Assembly: GCF_001434935.1 (NCBI RefSeq)
Contig: NZ_AZEG01000014.1
Span: forward strand, 23,825 to 47,824
Direction: 5' to 3'
Length of the DNA: 24,000 bases
Source of the DNA: Liquorilactobacillus uvarum DSM 19971
GTDB taxonomy: Bacteria > Bacillota > Bacilli > Lactobacillales > Lactobacillaceae
Shown: positions 17,197 to 24,000 of the stretch, piece by piece
How the letters are laid out: each line of letters begins with the position of its first letter
How positions within the stretch are numbered: the first letter of the stretch is position 1
Made by a program: the position numbers and the translations under genes
Notes under the pieces: model-generated
Told to the model about the DNA's origin: nothing
What the model saw: the letters and a program-made list of their open reading frames with translations, nothing else
The model's database searches: none

Positions 17197-18192
17197 TAAT
17201 TTAAAAACTGACCGAAATCAATCTTATCTAGCATATGTTCTCTACTTACTTTGCTCCTAATTCAATATTTGGCACATGTTTTTCTAGATACTTGTTCTGA
17301 TTCTTTCAGTGTTGAACCAATTAATATAATTTGATTGCGTATAAACACGATATGCGCCAGTTTTACACATAGTATGTATACCTAAATAATTAATTCATAA
17401 CAAGTCACCAACATGTGCCATAATTTTATAAAATTGCTTTTCGGTAATATGATGATTATATCTTTTAGTTGAAGGAAAAAGCAATTCAGGCTACAAATTA
17501 TGTTTGACTGAACCATCAAGACTATAAACGTCTTGAATAATATCACTAACTCTTAAAAACGTAGCTTTACCAATCTGAAAAATTGTATAGTTACGTTGAC
17601 CAGCTTTAAAATTTTCCAGCAAGCATTTTTGAACTTGTTTTAAGACAGTTGAATCTTTGATAGGTAAGATAATTTGTTTCATGGTTTCAACCTCTTAATT
17701 AAACACATTATTTTTAATTCTGTTTGAATAAAGAAAATGCCTTCATCAGTAAATGAAATTCCATCTTTTGAAATACAAGCAAGTATGTTCCCATTTTTAG
17801 ATTTTATATACACACATACTTCTAAAAAACGATAGTTTTCAACAGAATACTTCTGATTATACTTTTAATAATTTTTTTAAATTGCACAAAGTTTACCTCT
17901 TTCACAACAATAAATACGAAGAATCATTTCTGTCATTTGATTACATTCAACGTAAGTTTTAAAAAATATTTTTTCTTGTAATTCTGAGACTTCTGTGGTT
18001 AAATTGTTTTATGAATATCAAACAGTTGGCTAGTTAAAATTTCTAGTTATCAAATTAGGTGCAAATGAAAAAAAGCGCTCTTTTAGGGGCACTTTTCTTT
18101 ATATATTCATTTAATAACCCTTATATACAACCATTGATAAATGACGTTGATATAATAATACTTTATAGGGTCTATTAGAGATTTATGGTCCG
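17197..18192. repeat. Copy 2 (decayed) of the ~1 kb recombinase module
   Basis: See copy 1 (11830-12830). Relative to copy 1, copy 2 carries a ~105-bp deletion and smaller deletions inside int, a deletion inside the small ORF, and a ~130-bp insertion (about 17930-18060). Confidence 0.8.
17209..17682 (-). pseudogene. Tyrosine recombinase pseudogene (paralogue of 11840-12427)
   Basis: The N-terminal 50 codons are nearly identical (MKQIILPIKDSTVLKQVQKCLLENFKAGQRNYTIFQIGKATFLRVSDII). The frame then breaks. The remaining DNA still aligns with copy 1 to the stop region (ctgaccgaaatcaatcttatctagcatatg vs ctaaccgaaatcgattttatccagcatatg), with internal deletions and stops. Confidence 0.85.
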
Positions 18193-18240
18193 TAAGTAGT
18201 AAGTATTAGCATATATAGATATCAACTTATTTGATAAAAG

Positions 18241-20925
18241 TTAATGTCTACTAAAATTATAACGCTCTTCTCGCTTTTTAAAAGCTTTTTCACCACCTTC
18301 AAGCACTTCACATATTGCGTTTTGCATGTTGCTGTCTTCAATGGATCCTTGTCTATAACAAAATTGATATCCTGGAATACCTTCTTTAGTCATTTCTTCA
18401 GCTAAAATCACGCATTCACTGTCACCACCAACTAACACGTTAGCATTATGAGTAACGATAAATAATTGTCTGTGTTGCTTTTGTTCGCGTAAGTATGAGA
18501 CAAGTTCCTCGTAAATTGCTTTATTGTCAAGTTCATCTTCTGGTTGATCAATTAGAAAAGGTCTATCATCTTTATCCAAGCTTAACTGGAGCATTAATAA
18601 AATAAAAGCTTGTTTTCCTTCAGACATTGTATGGAATTCTTGTCCTTTGTAAGTAATATTATATTTAGTTTGAATGAAATCCATGTTAGAAAATTGTTCA
18701 AACCATGAATAAAGATTCAAATTTGCCCTGTACGGATTGTCCTCGTTAATAGAATTTATTTCCAGCTTCAGACATTGCATCATCATTTTTTTAATGCTTT
18801 CAGCGTTAATAGAATTAGGATTATCAATATCAATAATACCAGCTTCAATTTCATTTTTGAAAGTACCCCGGCCTGTTTTGAAATTGCTTTGGACCAAGCT
18901 GATGAATTTATCTGTATTGATAGATGAAATAATTTGGAAATTTAGATTTTTGTCATCAACTTTATAAAGATCATGTGTGGTTAAAGAATCTCCAAAATCT
19001 ATTTCATTTACTAAATCATTGAAAAGAGCGAAACGACTTGAATTCAACTTCTTTAATTCATTATTAGCATCCTCAACGACTCTAAGAGAATGTTGCTGCT
19101 TTGTTAAACTTTCTTGAAATTTTTTGAGTTCTGGAGATTGTTCCTGCAAATTTGTATATTGTTCATAGATAGGAGCTTTTTTTGATTTTTGAATTAGGTT
19201 ATTTTTATCTTCAATGAACAGCTTTTTTTCTTGAATTCTATCATCAACATATTTAGCAAAATCTTGATTTAATTTATCAATTTTTGATTTGAAGATTTCA
19301 AAAACCTGTTTAGTTACATCACGCGTATATTGTTGAGATTGTGGATTCAATTGAATTTCAACGTTATCTAGAATAAGAGATAGTTCATCGATATCTTTTT
19401 GAGTGTCTTTGATCTGACTTTCAAAATCGTATATTTTTTGAATCATTGTGTCTATAGATTTTTGGTCAATATCTTCAATTTGTTCTTGCAATACTTGAAT
19501 ATTTTTTTTTAACTTATCAATATTACCTTCAAGAGTTCTAATAGGTTGTTGAGAACTAATCTTAGAAGTCTGTTCCTTTATTTTAATATTTAATTCTTTA
19601 AACTGATTAATTTTTAGAACAATTGAGTCATGTTTTTTACGCTGATATGTTTCAATTTTTTCTTTTATTTTACTTATATCTGTTATCCTATACAGAGTAC
19701 CCTCAATAAATTTATTTCTTTTATCATCGCTGCGAGCAATTTCTTGAAGACCATCTTGATAAATAAATTTAACTCCTTCTTCTCCACATGGAATGGTATC
19801 GTCTGCATATTTTAGTACACAATTTTCACTTAAATTATTGATTAAATTATCATAATTGGAATTATCACTTTTAAAATGTTGCACATTACTAGAAAGTTTA
19901 CTAATTATAGATAATAGCACAGATTTTCCACTTGAACGCCCACCTATAATTGTGTTTAAACCATCTGAAAATTCAAGTTTTTTAATTCCAAATTTTTCAC
20001 TTGGAAGTTCAAGAGTTTTAATGATTTTTGACTTTACTGGTGGTTCTGGTTTGTTAGCTTGGATTTTAATTCGTAAATCAGGTTCATAAGTGATTTGTTT
20101 CAAACCTTCAAAAGTTTTCATTGCTTTAATCCAAGTTCTTGAAGCTTCAGGGAAATCCTTAATTTTTTCTATACTGTGAGCATCGCATCCAGTTACAGAA
20201 GCGTAAATATTTTTATAATTATTTTCAGGGTTCAAAGCATATAGTTTATCATGGTATGCATTTTGGGTTCTGGCCTGTAAAAAATCTATATTTCCCCTTA
20301 CAAAATCTTTGCCGTTACTTGAACCATTACCATCTTTTAAGTTTATTCCATCACCACTATTGGGAATCATCATTAGAACCTTTTCTTTATAATTGTTTCC
20401 AAACGTATCTCTAAGTGATTTTTTTACGGAATCTGTAGTTGGTAAATAGCCAAAATTATTATCTTTAATAATTTCTTCTAAATCATCGGCAAAGTTAATA
20501 TTTTGACCATTGGATTTTGAAATACTTAATCCTCTTAAAAATTTTTCTATACATTCTTTCTGTTCATCTGGCCTGAAAATTAAGTGTATATTGACATAAC
20601 TTGTAGATTTATGACTATCTTCTCTTTTTTTGGAAACAAGATCGCTAACTCTTATTTCAACGTTTGGAAATAAAGTAATATTATCATTCAATCCCCAATT
20701 ACTTCTATTCCGTTTAAGTTTAAAAAAGTTCTTTGCTGAAAAATAATCTGTTATTCCTAGAACATCCGCCCCATAATTATTTAATTCTGCACAGTATTTT
20801 TTCCAAACAAGTTCTTTATCAGTTTGACTGCCATTTTGGTCTTTGAAGTTATCATTCATTTGAGTTTCTGGTGTGTGAATATGAAGATCCCATCTATACC
20901 ATTGTGACATAAGTTGTTTTTGCAA
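18241..20925 (-). CDS. PHP-domain phosphoesterase fused to an SMC/Rad50-like ABC ATPase (single-gene defence candidate, possibly Ppl-like)
   Basis: 894 aa with a TTG start at 20925, 7 nt after GGGGAGAG. PHP motifs: WDLHIHTPET, GITDYFS, NVEIRV, VTGCDAHS. Walker A IIGGRSSGKSVLL. A ~250-aa heptad-rich K/E/Q coiled-coil region. Signature-like MSEGKQAFILL, Walker B PFLIDQPEDELD, and H-loop FIVTHNANV. Confidence 0.7.
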   Translation of the reverse strand: MQKQLMSQWYRWDLHIHTPETQMNDNFKDQNGSQTDKELVWKKYCAELNNYGADVLGITDYFSAKNFFKLKRNRSNWGLNDNITLFPNVEIRVSDLVSKKREDSHKSTSYVNIHLIFRPDEQKECIEKFLRGLSISKSNGQNINFADDLEEIIKDNNFGYLPTTDSVKKSLRDTFGNNYKEKVLMMIPNSGDGINLKDGNGSSNGKDFVRGNIDFLQARTQNAYHDKLYALNPENNYKNIYASVTGCDAHSIEKIKDFPEASRTWIKAMKTFEGLKQITYEPDLRIKIQANKPEPPVKSKIIKTLELPSEKFGIKKLEFSDGLNTIIGGRSSGKSVLLSIISKLSSNVQHFKSDNSNYDNLINNLSENCVLKYADDTIPCGEEGVKFIYQDGLQEIARSDDKRNKFIEGTLYRITDISKIKEKIETYQRKKHDSIVLKINQFKELNIKIKEQTSKISSQQPIRTLEGNIDKLKKNIQVLQEQIEDIDQKSIDTMIQKIYDFESQIKDTQKDIDELSLILDNVEIQLNPQSQQYTRDVTKQVFEIFKSKIDKLNQDFAKYVDDRIQEKKLFIEDKNNLIQKSKKAPIYEQYTNLQEQSPELKKFQESLTKQQHSLRVVEDANNELKKLNSSRFALFNDLVNEIDFGDSLTTHDLYKVDDKNLNFQIISSINTDKFISLVQSNFKTGRGTFKNEIEAGIIDIDNPNSINAESIKKMMMQCLKLEINSINEDNPYRANLNLYSWFEQFSNMDFIQTKYNITYKGQEFHTMSEGKQAFILLMLQLSLDKDDRPFLIDQPEDELDNKAIYEELVSYLREQKQHRQLFIVTHNANVLVGGDSECVILAEEMTKEGIPGYQFCYRQGSIEDSNMQNAICEVLEGGEKAFKKREERYNFSRH

Positions 20926-21053
20926 TACTAATCTCTCCCCAAAAATTAAATTTTAAAAACAAAAGACCTATGCTTATTTTGAAACAAAATAAAAAAAAAG
21001 CAATACTTATTGTTAATAATTTTTGATGTGATTTTGTCTATCATAGAACTTAG

Positions 21054-21416
21054 TTAATTTGAGTAAATAAATTTCAACTTTAATATGCTTGACGGTGCTA
21101 TCTTTAAATATTTAGTTACTTTTGTTATTTTATAATATATAAACCAAACATTAGCTTGATTACCATTTGGATATCTGAAACTAATGCTAATTAGATGTTC
21201 ATTTTCTGCTGGATCATCATAAATAACAATTTTAGTATTTTTCTTTGTCAAATTTTTTTGACCAGGAACGGCAATTTTATTTTCATAATTAAGTACCTGA
21301 TTAATTTCATAGTCATATTTGGTTTCGTGTTTATAGTATGCAAATCCTAAAATTCCTAAAAGCGCGATTGTCAATAGCACTATTATTTTTATTTTTTTAT
21401 TCTGCAATAGTTTCAT
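21054..21416 (-). CDS. Small membrane-anchored protein, unknown function
   Basis: 120 aa from the ATG at 21416 (RBS AGGAGGA, 5 nt upstream). It has an N-terminal TM segment (IIVLLTIALLGILGFAYY). The longer ORF-track form (to 21578) overlaps the upstream gene and has no RBS. Confidence 0.55.
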   Translation of the reverse strand: MKLLQNKKIKIIVLLTIALLGILGFAYYKHETKYDYEINQVLNYENKIAVPGQKNLTKKNTKIVIYDDPAENEHLISISFRYPNGNQANVWFIYYKITKVTKYLKIAPSSILKLKFIYSN

Positions 21417-21426
21417 TTTTGTCCTC

Positions 21427-22011
21427 CTAAAATGTTGATATTTCAGTAATTTTTTCTTGTTTTGTGTTATAAGTAAACTGGTATTTAATGTTATTTGTTG
21501 TTTGATTGCCAGAACTAGTTGTTTTGACTGTTCCGATAAAGATTCCTTTAATTTCGTTATCTTCTGACTTTTTTTCAAAATAAATATTAGATTCCATCAG
21601 CTGAGATGTTGCATTTAACTGTTTTAATTGTTTGGTGGCTATTGATTGATTATTAGCTGATTGACTGCCACCAAGGTACGTTAGAACATCATCAGTAGCA
21701 TATTTAGTGCCGATTTGTTGCTTTTCTAACCAGTTATCTGCATTCCAATTATTTAAGCTATTGAACAATTTTGTTGCTATATGTTCTGCTTTTTTATCAA
21801 CACTAATTTTAGTGATAGTTGTTGAAGTAGAACTGTTTTCAAAAGAAATTTGCTGAGCTGTTAGTTTCTTATTTTTAGCTTTTAATTTCGCTATCTGAGC
21901 TGTTTGTGTTGCGTTTATGCTATTTTGTTCTTGATTAGTTGCATTAAGCTTATAAAAAGCACTTAGTGCTAGAATTCCGATTATAATTAAGATTATTTTA
22001 TTTCTATTCAC
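21427..22011 (-). CDS. Membrane-anchored conjugative-element protein (possibly TcpC/NTF2-like), function unproven
   Basis: ~194 aa from the GTG at 22011 (GAGGTG, 6 nt upstream, immediately after the hydrolase stop). It has an N-terminal TM segment (IILIIIGILALSAF). Its position after a CwlT-like hydrolase mirrors ICE/Tn916-type operons. The start is uncertain. Confidence 0.45.
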   Translation of the reverse strand: MNRNKIILIIIGILALSAFYKLNATNQEQNSINATQTAQIAKLKAKNKKLTAQQISFENSSTSTTITKISVDKKAEHIATKLFNSLNNWNADNWLEKQQIGTKYATDDVLTYLGGSQSANNQSIATKQLKQLNATSQLMESNIYFEKKSEDNEIKGIFIGTVKTTSSGNQTTNNIKYQFTYNTKQEKITEISTF

Positions 22012-22021
22012 CCTATTCACC

Positions 22022-23173
22022 TCATTTATACTTATCTGGCAATAAATTTGCTTTAATTCGACCATATGAAACCTTGCTCCAGTTACCATATGCTGGATTA
22101 TTTGCTTGCCAAACGTTTGTTTTTTTAATGCCAGAATTTTCTTCGTCAATCATCTGACCATTTCCGATATAGATTCCAACATGGCTATACCCTGAACCGG
22201 CATCGTCATTAACCGAACTGTAAAAGAAAACCAGGTCCCCTGCCCTGGCATCTTCTTTTTTTACTTCTTCAATATCTTGTGACCATTGAGTTTGTGAAGT
22301 CCGAGTTAATGTAATTCCGATTTTATTAAATGCCCAGTAAGTAAAGCCTGAACAGTCAGTTGCGCCATGTACTGCTTTAGCGGTTGCTGAATTATCAAGG
22401 CTCGAAGGATTACCACCCAGCAAATAGTTATCAGGCGTTTTGTCAGCCCACTTATTAGCCCAAGCCGACAAATCAGTCCACCATTTATCAGTTGGACCAG
22501 AAACACTAAGTGTTTTACCAGCATTTTTATCACAAGTTTGATCTGTTTCAGTAATTTCAACAGTATTTGAATTAGAATTATCTCCGGTTGAGTCTTTAAA
22601 CTTGTTGTACCAATACTCTGCATTGCTTGCCCTAACGATGTTGTTGGCTTCATTTTTACCGGCTCGTTCAAAGCGTAACTCCCATTGAACCGCGGCAATA
22701 GACGGATTAGTTGAATTTTTAGCGTAATCTCCTAAGTTAGACTTTTCAGTTCCATTAGCTTCCTCGTAGAGGAACATAACTTGAGCTTGGATACTATCAG
22801 GATCTTTACTATGCTCGGTTGCAAAGCTTTTTTCGTTGGACAATCTCTCACCTAACCACTGAGCAATCCCGTGTGCACCAGAACTTGAATTAGTCGAAGT
22901 TGGATTGATATTAGATTCCTGCTGTAAGTTGCCTAAAACACCAGCTACCGCAGCTTTAGACCAGCCCTGATTAATTAGATAGTTCCAGATAATTTGAGCA
23001 TTTTTTTCAGTATTCTTAGATACTTGATTGCCTGAAATTCCTAAGTTGTTGGCACAATCTAAATTCGTAACATTACTTTTTTCATTGCCACCAAAAATCA
23101 TAAAAACAATAACAATTAGAATAACCAGCAAAAAAATCGGGATCGTTAAGATCCCGACTAACTTTAATTTCAT
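22022..23173 (-). CDS. Bifunctional cell-wall hydrolase of conjugative elements (lysozyme-like domain plus NlpC/P60), CwlT-like
   Basis: 383 aa with an N-terminal TM segment. Lysozyme-like motif AAVAGVLGNLQQESNINP...GIAQW. NlpC/P60 catalytic Cys in GATDCSGFTYWAF and His in YSHVGIYIGNGQMI. RBS GAGGTGA. Confidence 0.8.
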   Translation of the reverse strand: MKLKLVGILTIPIFLLVILIVIVFMIFGGNEKSNVTNLDCANNLGISGNQVSKNTEKNAQIIWNYLINQGWSKAAVAGVLGNLQQESNINPTSTNSSSGAHGIAQWLGERLSNEKSFATEHSKDPDSIQAQVMFLYEEANGTEKSNLGDYAKNSTNPSIAAVQWELRFERAGKNEANNIVRASNAEYWYNKFKDSTGDNSNSNTVEITETDQTCDKNAGKTLSVSGPTDKWWTDLSAWANKWADKTPDNYLLGGNPSSLDNSATAKAVHGATDCSGFTYWAFNKIGITLTRTSQTQWSQDIEEVKKEDARAGDLVFFYSSVNDDAGSGYSHVGIYIGNGQMIDEENSGIKKTNVWQANNPAYGNWSKVSYGRIKANLLPDKYK

Positions 23174-23221
23174 TTAATCACCTCATATTTTTTCACGACC
23201 GACATAAAATTGGTGGGAATT

Positions 23222-23389
23222 TTACTTTCGTGAGTACCTAATTAACATTGGTTCTGGATAAATATTTTGCCAATGCTTTTGCTTGCTTAAAGCTGGATTA
23301 TATTTTTGAATAGCCAGTTGATTGAGTTTTTCCTTGGACTCAGCTTGTAAGTAAACATTGAGCGAAAAGTATCCCACCAGTTGCCACAT
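23222..23389 (-). CDS. Small ORF (55 aa), hypothetical
   Basis: Below the ORF-track length cutoff. ATG at 23389 lies 4 nt after TAGGTGAG and immediately after the upstream stop. Translation: MWQLVGYFSLNVYLQAESKEKLNQLAIQKYNPALSKQKHWQNIYPEPMLIRYSRK. Operon packing is the only support. Confidence 0.35.
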   Translation of the reverse strand: MWQLVGYFSLNVYLQAESKEKLNQLAIQKYNPALSKQKHWQNIYPEPMLIRYSRK

Positions 23390-23398
23390 GTAACTCAC

Positions 23399-24000
23399 CT
23401 ACTCTCTCATTGATTCAATTTTTTCTTGTATTTCATCAGATTTTATTTTAGTTCCTTCTAGCTTTTTCTTAGCTTGATTAGTTGCTTCATCTAACCCAGT
23501 AATTTGTTGTTTAGTTCTAGTATCAACCATTAACTTGCGTCCTTGTTTTAGATCTTTTGGTTTGGCTGGATCAGGTAATTTACTATCTTTACCCTTTTCG
23601 AAATGATCATCAATTTGAACAACTCGCTTTAGGTGAATTTCTCTTTGACTTGGATTAGTTTCTTTTGCTTCAGTAATCTTTTCATTTTTAGGATTAAGTT
23701 GTTCTGAAGCTGCTGATTTCTGTTTTTGTTTTCGAGCCAGTTTCTCAATAAAGGTGTTTTGTTGAACATTTTCTTGTGGTGTCCGCTTTGTTTGATCAAC
23801 TTTCTTTTTAGTCTCACTAACATCGGCAGATGTTTCATTACTAGAAGTACCGCGACTAAAGAAACTTGCCACTTTTCCTCCGGAACTTCTGACAAAGTGA
23901 TTAGCGTTTTCCAGTCGATCATTAGCTTGATGAACACTCTCAACAAACTTTTCTTTTTGATTATTGACCGTTTGCAAAACTTCTTTAGACGATCTAATTC
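23399..24000 (-). CDS. C-terminal part of a larger protein (K/E/Q-rich tail), 5' end outside the window
   Basis: The frame stays open upstream of the TTG at 23977 to the window edge (...IRSSKEVLQTVNNQ...). The hydrophilic low-complexity tail sits just upstream of the hydrolase, where VirB6-like (ConG/Orf15-type) proteins sit in Gram-positive conjugative elements. That identity is unproven. Confidence 0.45.
   Translation of the reverse strand, partial: IRSSKEVLQTVNNQKEKFVESVHQANDRLENANHFVRSSGGKVASFFSRGTSSNETSADVSETKKKVDQTKRTPQENVQQNTFIEKLARKQKQKSAASEQLNPKNEKITEAKETNPSQREIHLKRVVQIDDHFEKGKDSKLPDPAKPKDLKQGRKLMVDTRTKQQITGLDEATNQAKKKLEGTKIKSDEIQEKIESMRE

Noticed and set aside
18075-18092. Terminator after the PHP-ATPase gene (copy-2 equivalent of the 12700-12725 terminator)
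   Set aside because: The stem is reduced to about 4 bp (gctc/gggc with a wobble) before the T7 run. It is probably decayed along with the rest of copy 2 and is too weak to call.
18241-20925. 894-aa protein as housekeeping SbcC/Rad50/RecN or as an OLD-family nuclease
   Set aside because: It has an N-terminal PHP domain rather than a partner SbcD or a C-terminal Toprim. It lies in an AT-rich mobile island with no sbcD-like neighbour. A defence role is favoured, but it is not proven.
21054-22149. Long forms of the two ORFs (21054-21578 and 21427-22149) that overlap each other and the hydrolase gene
   Set aside because: Internal starts at 21416 (ATG after AGGAGGA) and 22011 (GTG after GAGGTG) remove the overlaps and place a TM helix at each N-terminus. 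The long forms have no RBS.
5209-23946. Other nested ORFs from the track (5209-5397, 6281-6604, 7201-7413, 8827-9009, 10533-10715, 14058-14252, 18737-18967, 19630-19815, 19856-20089, 22306-22698, 23629-23946)
   Set aside because: Each is fully contained in a better-supported gene, in the same or the opposite strand. They are typical AT-rich-genome shadow frames rich in I/F/L/K, and I could read no independent start signals or motifs.
1-24000. CRISPR arrays, tRNA/rRNA genes, riboswitch-like leaders
   Set aside because: I noticed no regularly spaced direct repeats of 25-40 bp and no GC-rich cloverleaf-capable segments. The intergenic regions are AT-rich and contain only the hairpins listed. 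A tRNAscan/Infernal run would be needed to be certain.

Overview
This is a chromosomal window from a low-GC Firmicute. I infer a Lactobacillales-like origin from protein motifs, AGGAGG-type ribosome-binding sites and AT-rich codon usage. It splits into two parts.

(1) nt 1-9875 holds ordinary core genes: parE (5' truncated) and parC, a convergent rqcH, a MarR-family regulator, degV, a xylose-isomerase-like TIM-barrel protein, a small membrane protein and signal peptidase I.

(2) nt ~9900-24000 is a visibly AT-richer accessory island in which every gene lies on the minus strand. In coordinate order it contains:
- an IS30-family transposase;
- a 195-aa catalytic-domain-only tyrosine recombinase;
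- a 132-aa stand-alone B3-like (EcoRII-N/BfiI-C type) domain protein and a decayed fragment of a second, divergent vsr;
- an operon of 551-aa putative restriction endonuclease, C5-cytosine methyltransferase and vsr (transcribed vsr first);
- a second, decayed copy of the ~1 kb recombinase module;
- an 894-aa fusion of a PHP phosphoesterase to an SMC/Rad50-like ABC ATPase (a single-gene defence candidate, possibly Ppl-like);
- the tail of a conjugative-element operon (CwlT-like bifunctional cell-wall hydrolase plus small membrane proteins).

The most interesting points:
- The REase candidate has no nuclease motif I can recognise, but it has a C-terminal B3-like DNA-binding module, and a second B3-like module is encoded in trans.
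- Each of the two defence cassettes sits immediately upstream of a copy of the same module (terminator, small ORF, recombinase). This suggests cassette exchange or tandem accretion.
- The small ORF ahead of the recombinase is only readable through a -1 shift at an in-frame A_AAA_AAT heptamer.

All family assignments come from motif reading by eye. No database search was possible.
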